64,000 bases of DNA from Haliotis cracherodii. Taxonomy: Eukaryota. Of this stretch, positions 38,027 through 50,096 are shown piece after piece. Each line of letters begins with the position of its first letter. Position 1 is the stretch's first letter. The DNA lies in the NCBI RefSeq assembly GCF_022045235.1, contig NW_027266266.1, forward strand, positions 4,953,848-5,017,847, written 5' to 3'. A model generated the notes under the pieces. That model did not search any database. It was not told the DNA's origin and saw only the letters and a program-made list of their open reading frames with translations. The translations under genes and the position numbers were made by a program.

Positions 38027-38845
38027 GGAGCTCTCTAGCCGGTTCGCTGGGAAGGATCGAGCTTGCATATTTAGACGTAGACTAGTTTCATAATTACTGG
38101 TATTTCATTATTTTGAGACACAGAACTACTGCCGATATAGGAACAAATATCGCCTTCCATTTCACACAAGCACAAACATATTTCCATTATTTAAAGATGA
38201 TCGTTTTAGTAGTCAAGCAACTACATCAAAATTATTTAAAACTGTATTGCAATCTCAGGTACTCGTACTACATGTATCACAAAGGCCAGTTAAGCCGTTA
38301 AACAACAATGGCGAATGCCCGGGTTCTATTCCCACATGGGTACAATGTGTGAAGCATTCCCGAAGCATGCATGGCTTCTGTTTCTCCAACCTCAGCAGTG
38401 TCCTAAATGCATCCCTGCCAAATCTGTCATGTCTGTTGAATGCCACACCGATATTATTTGGGTCTCAACAGACGCCTATTCTTTTCTACAATCCAGTTCA
38501 TCTTCCCAAACAGGTGAGATATCACTCTCAGCTTCAGTCTCAACTCAAATGGCCACAACGCCTATGCCAACAATATGGCACCAGCGCCTATGCCAACATT
38601 GGCACCAGAGCCAGAACTAGCATCACCACCAGCCTCTGTTAAAAGTGCAAACAAAAACGTTGACTGCGCAATAAAAAAACAAGATCGTGTACCAAAGGGT
38701 CACCGTGACCCTATTCAAATATATAATCGGTATCAAACTTTGGAGGACATGGATGTCTCTCCACATTCCCAAGTAAGTCGCCTCGAAATGGGACAAATAG
38801 ATCTCCTGTTCACCCACCCGTAACATGAACATTTCCACTCCACTA

Positions 38846-41800
38846 GTTCAGTGGAATTGCAGAGGTCTTCGAACCAATTTTAACGAGTTACAACTTTTAA
38901 TACAAGAGTTTACGCCATCAGAAATCTGTCTTCAAGAGACGTATCTCTAACAGACCGAAACCTTTTTGCGTCGGTACAGTTCTTATCATTCATTTTCTCG
39001 GCCAGGTGTTAAATCTACTGGATGATCCACTGTTTTGGTGAAGCAGGACGTGATCCACAGCCCTGTTTCACTTCAAACTCATCTTCAAGCTGTTGCAGTG
39101 CGACTAACTTTACACATAACCTTTACACTGAGTTCTCTGTATAGTTTCTCCCTCCTCTGTGCTTCAGAGATCGGATCTTCAAGCCTTATATGATCAGTTC
39201 CCTAAGCCCTGCATGATCATGGGTGACTTTAACGGATATAACCCATTATGGGGAAGTGTTAAAGTTAATGTTAAGGGGGAAGTACTTGAAGATCTTATTC
39301 CGATAACAATTTATGCATTTTCAATGATGGGTCTGTCACATCTGTCACTAACAGATTCAAATCTATTAAACAAATTTACTTGGTCGGTCCACGATGACTT
39401 GTGTGGATGCGACCATTTTCCTACAATATTAACAGCAAATGATCCATCTGGTGGAATTACTTTAGGATTAACACCTGATATGTTCAGGACTGTTACCGAC
39501 CCTTTTCAATCGTTTTCGGATAAGCTGAATGAAATTGCTCATATAACCATTCCTAAGTCCTCTGCAAATCCACACATTTGAAAACCATGGTTTAATAAAG
39601 AGTGCAAACAGAATAGTAAGTGCAGGAAAAAAGCGTAGAAATATTTCCGCAAATATCGAACTGTACACAATTTAAATCATGTTAAAAACACAAATGTCAT
39701 GGCAAGCCGTACATTCAAACAGAATAAGCGTAAGTCCTTGAGGAATTTTGTCACTAAAATTAATTCTCGCACACCAATATCCAAGGTGTGGAACACGATT
39801 GCAAAATTAAAGGCAAAGTATCAAAATCGAGCGTCCACCATCTCAAGGAAGGTGACCATTCTGTTAACAGATAAATTGGATATTGCTAATAAATTGGGCG
39901 AAACGCTGGCCAAACACTCTTCATCATCGAACTATGATGCTAAGTTTCAAAAATATCAGAAACAACAGGAAAAGAAGAGGTTTGGTTTTATTTCGGTAAA
40001 TGGAGAAGATTACAATGAGGTATTTTCGCTCCACCAGCTAAATACTGCCCAAGGTCAAGCGCACGATACTGCAGCGAGAGTGGATAATATTCACTATCAG
40101 CCTGAAGCATTTGCCTGATTCATGTTTAGAGACACGTCTTGATATATTTGATCGGATCACGACGTCAGGAGATTTTCCTCCATCGTGGCGTAATGCAATA
40201 GTTTTTTCCCATACCTAAACCTGGTAGGGACCATACTTTTGCATCTAATTATAGACCAATATCACCAACCAGCTGTGTGTGCAAAACCAAGGGAACGAAT
40301 AGTAAATAATCGGCTGGTGTGGTACTTGGAAACCAACAATATCTTAGCTAACATTCAGTGTGGTTTCCGTCAAATAGAAGTACCATTAACCATCTGGTAC
40401 GTTCAGAATCGTTTGTCAAAAATGCCGTTGTAAATAATCAGCATGCATTATCAATCTTTTTTTTATTTAGTAAAAAGCGTATGATACCACATGGAAGCAT
40501 GGTATTTTAAAAGATCTACATGATTTGGGATTAAGAGCTTGTCCGCCTCAATATATATCCCTTTCTTTAACAGACCGACATTTTCATGTTCGTGTGGGTT
40601 CCACCCTGTGTGACCATTATAATCAGGATCAGGGTGTCCCACCAGGCTGTATTTTGTCGGTGACTCTGTTTAGCATAAAGATTGATAGTCTGTCAAAGGT
40701 TTTAAATGATTCAATTGATGGTTCCCTTTTTGTGGACGATGTTAATATTCCATGTCGTGGCAAAAATATGCATACCATCGAGAGACAGTTGCAGCTGTGT
40801 CTCAATAAAATCCCAAAATGGTGTCTTGAAAATGGTTTTAATTTTTCAAAAGCTAAGACCAATTGTAGTCATTTGTGTAGGAAATACAAGCACCACAAGG
40901 ATCCAGAAGTATTTTTACATGGCACTCCTATCAAGGCTGTAGAAGAGTCCAAGTTCCTGGGTCTCATTTTCGATCATCATTTGACTCTTGAGCCACATAT
41001 TAATTATCTCAAAACTAAATGCCTGAAGGCTCGAGATTTGTTGAAAGTTGTTGCTGATACAAAGTGGGGAGGTGATCAGACAAGCCTCCTCCACTTGTAT
41101 AGGTCTCTGATCCGCTCTAAATTAGATTATGGCTCCATCGTTTATGGTGGAGCCTGTAAGAGCAATTTACACAAATTAGATTCAAGTCACCACCAGGGCC
41201 TAAGATTATGTCTTGGCGCATTTCGAACATCTCCCGTGGATAGCCAATACGTAATGTAGAAGCTGATGAACCATCTTTGAATCAACGGCGCTTTGAATCA
41301 AATTATCGCTTCAATACATTACAAAATTACATTCTAACCCATTAAACCCTGCTTACAAATGTGTTTTTGAACCCCTTTACGACGAACTTTTTCACAGTAA
41401 GTCTAAGCTCCACTAGGAATACGAATTAAACCCCACAGTACAGCTGCCAATATTGATTTAGATAATATTTCTCCTGTCAGTCTTTAATCTTCAACTTCTT
41501 GGCAACTTATCAGACCGGGAGTAGTCTTTACTTACACATTTTTAAAAATCAGACACAAATAATATATCAACAAGAATATATACAAGTTAGAACTAAATAT
41601 GAATCCCACCATTCTATTTTTAAAGATGGATCCAAGGATGGTGGCAGTCTCCAGTGCTGCTGTTATTATGCCGCATCATCCCGATTACCAGACCATAGCT
41701 CAATTTTTACTGCTGAAGCCAAGGCCATTTCAAAGGCTTTAGAATATATTCAAAAACAATCTAGCTGCAAAGGGTTTATCATCTTGTCAGATTCACTAGA

Positions 41801-42544
41801 TTGTCTACAGGCAATAAAAACGAACTCTTCAAGTCATCCATTCATTTAAGTTATTTTAGAATTATACAATGAACTTGCAACTGGCCAATACATCGTCTTT
41901 TGCTGGTTGCCCAGTCATGTTGGAATTGCAGGTAACACTATGGCTGATACATTTTGATAATACGCATTGTAAAAAGTAAGTGATTTCAATTTAGCAGAAT
42001 GATTATATAACTATGATTGTTAGTGGCTGTACCTTCAAAAGGAGTTGAAGTAACGTAAAATAATTGTCCCCCTGAAAGGGTACGTTAGTCCCAATACATT
42101 CAAAGTATGTTTCATTTTCCATGGTTTTAATCGTAGAATAATTGTAGGTTTTAAATCTTTCTAACAATCATCAGTAGCCAGAGGAATGGTGGAAATCCTG
42201 GTACCAAGCAGGAAGCAGATGTACCGTAAGTCCCCATGGTCCGTAGTATGGTGCGACTATGCTTGTCGTAAAACTAACCAACCAACCAACCGTAGTATGG
42301 TGGTCTAACTTTGGTTGCTGATGATCCATAGCCCATTTGTATAGTGTATCGTTATTTGTAGTTACATTTTTATGGTTACATGCTAGTTTTAAATCTATCT
42401 CTGTATTAATATAATCCTTTTACCGTCCCTCGTCAACAGATTTTATAGTCTATAATTATGTATAATTACTGCACAACTTGATTTAGTCACGTTATGGCTG
42501 CAATATTGCCGATGTGACTATAAATCTAAACTCACTCACTCACC
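38846..42544 (+). mobile_element. non-LTR retrotransposon (LINE), 5'-truncated and frameshifted. Contains an APE endonuclease (VQWNCRGLRTNFNELQLL..ICLQETYL; ..IMGDFNGYNPLWGS), a reverse transcriptase (..FVDDVNIPCRGKN..; 40525-41259), an RNase H (..IFTAEAKAISKALEYI..IILSDSLDCLQAIK; ..CWLPSHVGIAGNTMAD), a roughly 600-bp 3' UTR, and a tail ending (ctca)n
   Basis: domain motifs read from the ORFs at 38846-38950, 39159-39581, 40525-41259 and 41499-41960; the 3' UTR matches 5261-5806. Confidence 0.85.
42254..42289 (-). mobile_element. 36-bp SINE family A tail fragment (cgactatgcttgtcgtaaaactaaccaaccaaccaa) inserted in the LINE 3' UTR
   Basis: perfect 13-bp target-site duplication ccgtagtatggtg at 42241-42253 and 42290-42302. 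Confidence 0.75.
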
Positions 42545-42643
42545 TGTTTGGTGCACACAGTTTACTAAAGCGCCACACAGCGTTATTGTCTCCCATGTCA
42601 GAATCAAGTACTTCAGTGGCTCTCATCGGGCAAGGGGGCGGGC

Positions 42644-42785
42644 GGGTAGCCTGGTGGTTAAAGCGTTCGCTCGACACTCCGAAGTTCCGGGTGCAATGTC
42701 CGAAGCCCATTTCTGGTGTCCCACGCCTTGATATTACTAGAATATCGCTAAAAGCAGCGTAAAACCATACTGACTCACTCACTCA
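42644..42785 (+). mobile_element. SINE family B copy
   Basis: target-site duplication catcKggcaagg flanking the insertion. Confidence 0.75.
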
Positions 42786-42964
42786 TCTGGCAAGGTACGT
42801 GACTGACAATGGGAGCAAATTGTAAGAACTCTATACAGAAACAGTATTGTGGAGAAACAGGCTCAATGACACCCCTTGTCACATTGACTGGTTCTTGATT
42901 GTATTTGCGTTGCGTCATTTTCATGTTACACTTACGGAGATGTATTGTTATTCTGGTGATCGAA

Positions 42965-44166
42965 ACTATCTAGTCGTCACTTTCGTTGGGATTTACTATC
43001 TAGTCGTCACTATCGTTGGGATTTACTATCTAGTCGTCACTTTCGTTGGGATTTTCTATCTAGTCGTCACTATCGTTGGGATTTACTATCTAGTTGTCAC
43101 TATCGTTCGGATTTACGATCTAGTCGTCACTATCGTTGGGAATTACGATCTAGTCGTCACTATCGTTGGGATTTACTATCTAGTCGTCCCTTTCGTTGGG
43201 ATTTACTATTTAGTCGTCACTATCGTTGGGATTTACCATCTGGTCGTTACTATCGTTGGGATTTACTATCTGGTCGTCACTATCGTTGGGATTTACTATT
43301 TAGTCGTCACTATCGTTGGGATTTACTATTTAGTCGTCACTATCGTTGGGATTTTCTTTTTAGTCGTCACTATCGTTGAGATATACTATTAGGTCGTCAC
43401 TATTGTTGGGATTTACTATTTAGTCATCACTATCGTTGGGATTTACTATTTAGTCGTCACTATCGTTGGGATTTACTATTTAGTCGTCACTATCGTTGGG
43501 ATTTACTATTTAGTCATCACTATCGTTGGGATTTACTATTTAGTCGTCACTATCGTTGGGATTTACTATTTATTCATCACTATCGTTGGGATTTTACTAT
43601 CTAGTCGTCACTATCGTTGGGATTAACTTTTGAGTCAGCACTATCTTTGGATTTACTTTTTAGTCCTCATTATCATTAGGATTTACTATTTAGTCATCAC
43701 TATCGTTGGGATTTACTATTTAGTCGTCACTATCGTTGAGATTTACTATTTAGTCGTCACTATCGTTGGGATTCACTATTTAGTCATCACTATCGTTGGG
43801 ATTTACTATTTAGTCGTCACTATCGTTGGGATTTACTATTTAGTCATCACTATCGTTGGGATTTTACTATCTAGTCGTCACTATCGTTGGGATTAACTTT
43901 TGAGTCAGCACTATCTTTGGATTTACTTTTTAGTCCTCATTATCATTAGGATTTACTATTTAGTCGTCACTATCGCTGGGATTTACTATTTAGTCGTCGC
44001 TATCCTTGGGATTTACTATTTAGTCGTCACTATCGTTGAGATTTACTATTTAGTCGTCGCTATCCTTGGGATTTACTATTTAGTAGTCGCTATCCTTTGG
44101 ATTTACTATTTAGTCGTCACTATCGTTGGGATTTACTATTTAGTCATGACTATCACTGGGATTTAG
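42965..44166. repeat. satellite, 30-bp unit x about 40 (ctagtcgtcactatcgttgggatttactat), with a roughly 270-bp higher-order repeat (43600-43870 matches 43870-44140)
   Basis: direct read; variant units gattaacttttgagtcagcactatctttgg recur 270 bp apart. Confidence 0.9.
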
Positions 44167-44509
44167 TTCCCCTTGTCAAACGCTCAGCATTTTGGGCCAT
44201 AGCCTGTGACCCAGCAATCCCCAAATCAGTCAGGGTACTGTGGACTTATTCTGCCAAGAATTCCAACCAGTTCAGACAAACATAAGAATATGTTTTTTTG
44301 TTTGGTTTATAATCAAATCTAATTCAAATCCTTGTGATGCAATTCTCTTTCACAAAAGCCATTTTCACTTCACATGGGCTATTTCTCATCCTTGCCCTTT
44401 CTGACAATAACCACAAAGTGTGTTGCCTCTCAACGTGTTTATTAATACATTTAACCATCACAACTGTCTGTGTACATATGATGCACACTTGGCAGGCTTC
44501 ACCAATGTA

Positions 44510-44830
44510 AAACAAATCACATGCATTTAATCAATACACAAATAACAAGCATTTAATCAAAACACAAATAACAAGCATTTAATCAATAAACAGATCACAA
44601 GAATATTATTATTTAACATTACAGGCATTTAATCATTAAAAGAATTACAACCACTTAATCAATAAACAGATCACAAGCATTTATTCATTAAACAATTCAC
44701 AAGCATTAAATGATCATATTTTTCACAAGCATTTAATTATTAAACAATTTACAAGCATTTAATCATGAACACAAACCGCAAGCATTTAATCATGAACACA
44801 AATCGCAAGCAATTAATCACTAAACAGATC
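44510..44830. repeat. tandem repeat, about 30-bp unit x10 (acaagcatttaatcaRtaaacaga)
   Basis: direct read. Confidence 0.8.
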
Positions 44831-45308
44831 TTGAGCATGTAATCAATAATAAAAAAAATATCACATGATCTGATCAGCTATGAAAGCCATTTCGACACAG
44901 TATATGTGCCGAATATATCTCCACGATGTACAGGACGTGTAACTCATATAAGCCAAGATTAACGTCTGGGAAAGATGATACAGCAAACAGCAGTTTAAAC
45001 ATGGGAAGTAAAACGATGGCAGTAAATTAAGTACAGGTACAAAAACAAATCACAGCAATGCGAAGTTATGATTTAAAAAAGGACATTGTATGCCTCTTAA
45101 CAATCAAACATACTGTAGTTATACACAGAGATGGGAGTTTGATAATAAAATTCTGAATAAGTGCAAACAAAATACCCTATTTGGTCCTAATACAAATGTT
45201 CTCGGTTCTCATTCTGTTGAGATAACAAACTTTAACAACAAAAACAGCGCCAAGGTATTGAAGCTCACCTTTCTAAGCTAACCCAACAAGACAAGATTAA
45301 TGTCAGTA

Positions 45309-45390
45309 CATGTTATTTACTAGGAGTGAATGTTATTTACTAGGAGTGAATGTTATTTACTAGGAGTGAATGTTATTTACTAGGAGTGAA
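45309..45390. repeat. tandem repeat, 20-bp unit x4 (taggagtgaatgttatttac)
   Basis: direct read. Confidence 0.9.
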
Positions 45391-45900
45391 ACAATGCAGT
45401 AAGGTCACGGAACGATATGTATCCCGATACACAGGTCACGCATGGAAACTTCTTGACTATAAATATTTCAGAGCAGGTTCCAAAGAAAGTGCTAGCTATA
45501 GATTCATGTATGTAGCGGCTATTTTTAGTGGTAAACTTCAAAAGTTAATTACAACACATTATGTAATATTTGACTGACCAAAACGCCTGGGTGGGAGTAG
45601 AGGTGTGGTTGTGGATAGGGGCGGGGCTGGGGGGTCATTAGACAAGTAGTAAGTAATTTATTGTAGCAAGTGTATCGACTTGTATCGATATGGAAAGAAA
45701 AACGTATCATATCATTGCATGAAAACTCACGGTGCACCGGTGCACCGATGTACCGTTTCAGCCCTATTATTTACCAATATGAAAATTACTGAAATAAACA
45801 ACAAGACTTTTCAAAAGAGTGAACACATTACCACAGGCAAGGTAACTACAGAAATAGCATGTAAAAATACTTGTCGTGAGTGGTTTGAATAAACTTCTTC
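45370..45900 (+). mobile_element. unclassified interspersed repeat R1, copy 1
   Basis: about 80% similar to 57310-57900, including an internal G-rich tract. Confidence 0.6.
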
Positions 45901-46959
45901 CTTGTCAATTGTCCATGTGCCCTAGACACTTATCATAGTACATAGGTCCTTCATGCTGACGTCCATAAGCATACAGCCGTTCCACTTAAACTGGGGGTAA
46001 TCATTTCCCCCACTCACACACATCTTCAAGCCATTGCCTTTATCAGTTTAGGAAGAGAAAAGTGTTTCAGCTTCTGGGATAGACATAGCTGTGGTAACAG
46101 CATCTCTGTGCTTTTCCCTGTAAACATTGTTGATATGGACTTGTTGCTACGGCTCTCCCATAGTGTATTCCTAGGATATACAGACTGTTATAAATATGGC
46201 AGTGTATCTTATTGTTAAACAGTGATTGTAACTGTGTTACATTGTTTCTGTTGAGATTCGGTAGACACTCATTGCATTGTGCTTGGACAGTGATCAGTCG
46301 TCAGGATACTTCCGGTCCCGTATACCGGGGACGGTGATAATATGTTACCGAAATTTCTGTAATGTTTCATGTTGAGAGGGGTACCATGTGGAACTTTCCA
46401 GTATCTGGTTAGACTACATAAGCCGACAAGAGCGTGTTTGTGTATCACTCACACATTTTCATCATATTGGAACCAGCTTTCACGTGAGGATCGCTCATCA
46501 TCCCTGATTCCCTGCCTAGCTCATCACTGAAGCTTGACCAGTGTTGCCGTTGGGTGAATATATATATTATCACTGACTTTTGCTATCACCATTGTATCTT
46601 TTGTATTTGATACTGACCACTGCCATCATATTATTATACTGTTATAGAATATTGTACTACCACTTGATTGTGTACTGCCATTGTAATTGCTGTGTAGTAA
46701 TTTGTGTTGATTTGTAAAACCTAGTGATTTTTTGTAATACATTTGTAGATTTATACCACATGTTGGATATTTGTGGGTTCTTTTACTTTGAGATTTCTGG
46801 GTTAATATATTGTTTCAATTTGGGAATCAATGTGTAACAAGACCAACAGTGACCCACGACAAAGGTCACACTGAAGGTATCAAGATGAACGAAAACTAAA
46901 AGTTTATCCTAAGAAAAAAATATATCATCTCAACTTTTAACCTTGGCACATGATGATGG

Positions 46960-47104
46960 TTATAGGTGGCTGCTGCGGAGCCAGGTTTCCAGGTTCGAGA
47001 TCTGTTTCTCCACGCTCGACTTGGCGGTTCCTCCGTACGCTGTGTACTGGTCCACCGAGTTCTCATAGTTCCACACATTGGCCACATCACTCTCGAACAG
47101 TGGG
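46960..47104 (-). CDS. ASL: argininosuccinate lyase, last coding exon (S)[47 protein letters not shown]
   Basis: aligns with the human ASL C-terminus ..[39 protein letters not shown].. (recalled from memory); acceptor cag| at 47105-47107. Confidence 0.9.
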
Positions 47105-47310
47105 CTGCCGGTACAAACGGAGTGAATGAGTGACATGGAATTTGAACTGCTTTTACAGTGACAAATAATGTCAAATTGAGAACACCACAAACCTGGGCAT
47201 TCAACATTTTGAGCAATATTGCTTTAACCACTTGACTACCCCACCACCCCTTCAATGGAACAAGTCATGCAGAACTAATTCAGAAACAGCTACGGTCGTT
47301 TCGGTCGTTT

Positions 47311-47468
47311 GCTGTTTAACGCCACACTCAGTAGTATTCCAGCTATATGACGGCGGTCTGTAAATAATCGAGTCTGGACCACACAATCCAGTGATGGATA
47401 TCATGAGCATCAATCCACACAATTAGGATACGATGACATGTATCAACCAAGTCAGCGAGCCTGACCAC
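47311..47468 (-). mobile_element. SINE family A copy in an ASL intron
   Basis: family A similarity. Confidence 0.7.
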
Positions 47469-47636
47469 AATAGCTTTTGGACTCCACTATGACATCAAAT
47501 GATATAGTTCTGATCATGCAAACATGCCTACTTTAAATGCTCTGAAATATATTGGAATTATTACATGACGGAGATCTACACATCAACGTGCTGGCCGCGA
47601 CCCTCGGGGACGGCTCACTTCACTTTAGTGCTCTAC

Positions 47637-47743
47637 CTGACAGTCTTGAGGTCTTCCAAGAGGAGCTTCTCCATGACGCAGCCCTTCCTCTCCGCCAGCG
47701 CCACACAGCCGCCAGCCAATGAGTGGGCCTCACGGAACGGAAC
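47637..47743 (-). CDS. ASL: ASL exon: VPFREAHSLAGGCVALAERKGCVMEKLLLEDLKTV(S)
   Basis: matches human [29 protein letters not shown]; acceptor tttccctgtgcag|, donor |gtagag. Confidence 0.9.
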
Positions 47744-48249
47744 CTGCACAGGGAAACACAGAATCTCACCCAAGTGTCGAAAAACTATTTCTTTGTCATG
47801 TCCCTGAACAGGCTTTGTGATTACAATACTTCACTGTATTTCAAAAGTTATCCAGTATATCTCAATTAAGTTTTAAGTCTTGTACCGTTAATCCGACATG
47901 GTTGATTACATATGATTACGTTGGATTAACGAGTATGTCGGATAAATGAAATTAAGTAGAATCAATGTTCATGATGGAAAATCGGACAACTACATGATAG
48001 ATAATGTTGTAATAAAAAAAGGAAAAAGAAATATTCAAATTGTTGTATTACATTGTCAGCGGAATGTGTTTTTTGTAATCATGTAACCTCTAAAGTTCAA
48101 CACAAAACAACTGTTACGGGCTGTATGAGTGATTGAAAATACTTTTAAAAGCATAGTCTGGAATGGAAGTCATCAGTATGGAACTTGTGCCGCAATGCTT
48201 AAGAAAGCTGCTTTCTTATTGGCTAATGTCAAGGTCATTATGATGTGAC

Positions 48250-48312
48250 CTGTAATGGGATATCCTCAGCGGTAGCGATAACTTGTATCTGATTTTAATT
48301 AGATTGAGGTAA
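48250..48312. mobile_element. solo TIR fragment of MITE family 1
   Basis: cctgtaatgggatatcctcag..gatctgattttaatt matches the 3' TIR at 59980-60048. Confidence 0.5.
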
Positions 48313-48632
48313 TATAAGCATGTGATTAAACCTGTTTTGTTTATTTAAAGTATTAATTGTTAATTGTATCAAAACACGGGCTGCATACTTGCGGGCAGAT
48401 GACCACAGAGAATGCTGATCACTGTGTCGGATTATCGAGACTGATTAATGAGTGATTCAGCAATTCTTTGCAAATTAGGTGTTTCTGAGTCGGAGTGCGA
48501 GACTTCGGATTAATGGGTCTAAATAGCACTGATTTAATCGGTTCCCATCATTAGTGTCGGATAAAGCCGATTGTCTTATTAACGAGACTTGATTGTAGAT
48601 GGTTCATGTATATGACATAGAGGGATAATGGG

Positions 48633-48870
48633 TGGGTGAGTGGGTGAGTTGGGTTTAACGCCGCTTTTAACAGTATTCCAGTTATATCACAGCGTGTCAG
48701 CTTAATGTGGGAGGAAAGCCCGAAGTGATGCAGGTCTCAGACGTTTACCACTTCGGTGAAACCCACGAGCACGGGTATGGTGCTGACAAACCTAGAAACA
48801 TAATCGGGGCGAACCGGGATTCGAACCCACAATCATAGGTTTCTGGCGTGACCAAGGGACGCAACTCTGC
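48633..48870 (-). mobile_element. SINE family C copy in an ASL intron
   Basis: about 97% identical to 2136-2420; target-site duplication agagggataatgg at 48619-48631 and 48871-48883. Confidence 0.85.
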
Positions 48871-48964
48871 AGAGGGATAATGGATGCAATATTACAACCT
48901 TATTGTAATCGGCACGGAAATCAGTGTCTCACAAGCGCACAATGACATGGCCACTACCCTACTT

Positions 48965-49135
48965 GAGTGAGTGAGGGAGGGAGCGACTGATATTTTATGC
49001 CGCTTTTAGCAATATTCCAGCAGCATCACGGTGGCTGACACCAGAGATGGGCATCACACATTATACCAATGTAGGGAATCAAACCCAGGCCTGTGTGTAA
49101 CGAGTGAACTCTTTCACCACTAGGCTGCCCGACCA
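48965..49135 (-). mobile_element. SINE family B inverted copy in an ASL intron
   Basis: gagtgagtgaggga..ccgcttttagcaatattccagcagcatcacggtgg...ggaatcaaacccagg...ctaggctgcccgacc. Confidence 0.75.
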
Positions 49136-49287
49136 TCCCTACCTGCTAGAACAGTAACTACTGAAAAACAAAATTTGTATTCTCCCTCCATGAACCACTG
49201 ATGAGAAAGCCTGCTGGATCTAACTGACGACATACATTCTAAACTACTACAGCTCTGGGCGATTATTTGGCTTAAATCTAAAACATG

Positions 49288-49368
49288 GAGACCTTACCCC
49301 TTTCCTGACGAGGTAGTAGGCCACATCGGTTGCCAGCATGTCGGAGCTGAGCGCTGCACTCATGGAAT
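49288..49368 (-). CDS. ASL: ASL exon: [27 protein letters not shown]
   Basis: matches human [27 protein letters not shown]; acceptor atatgtttcag|, donor |gtaagg. Confidence 0.85.
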
Positions 49369-49486
49369 CAGGGTAGATCTGAAACATATCAATCGTGGAT
49401 TCTGCACCATTATATTCCTGCAACATCATGAGGCAAGATGAGTGAACGCTTTAACCACACGGGCACCTCACTGCTTCACAACAACA

Positions 49487-49845
49487 ATAAAGCTGAAAAT
49501 AAATATACTCACCGCCAAAAGAGACGCGAACCATAGAAACATATAGAGAAGTATGTACGTTAAGAAGAGATTTTCAAATGTGTACCACTTAATGACAAAA
49601 CTTACAATCAGTCAAGTGTTACCACAGAGTGTCTTTATTCTTATCACGATATGCCGCATGTGAATTCCAAATTTCACACGCTAATCCTGCACGAGACAAA
49701 TGGTGCATCTGGATTCATGGATCTATGACGTTACATGTGATGCGTTCGTCAGCGTCGGTTCACACACCGTACCAGTATGTTCGTTTGTGCATTGAACCAA
49801 TCTTATATCTCTTGAATATGAGTAATTCTTCATATTAACCAATGC
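49487..49845 (-). mobile_element. MITE family 3, partial inverted copy
   Basis: reverse-complement similarity to 63440-63790, including the TIR actcaccRccaaaagaRacgcRaa..catatagag. Confidence 0.6.
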
Positions 49846-50012
49846 GTATTAAGCTGACACGCCGTGATATAACTGGAATACTGTTAAAAGCGGCGTTAAA
49901 CCCAACTCACTCACTCACTCACAATAACACAGGGCCCGGCAAACTTTTGGCAAACTGTGTGTGTGTGATAAACATATGCTCTATTTATATTTCAATGCAA
50001 ACAGTAACATAC

Positions 50013-50096
50013 CTTCAGGGTAGAGAGGACACCCGTCGCCACCTGTAGAATGCCAGCCAGGGTGTCATAGGTGTCAAACATGGCCTCCTTGTCTTC
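50013..50096 (-). CDS. ASL: ASL exon: [28 protein letters not shown]
   Basis: matches human [28 protein letters not shown]; donor |gtatg, acceptor ag|. Confidence 0.9.

Noticed and set aside
42847-44166. ORFs of 88 to 181 aa rich in LVVTIVGIYY
   Set aside because: Encoded entirely by the 30-bp satellite; hydrophobic repeat artefact.
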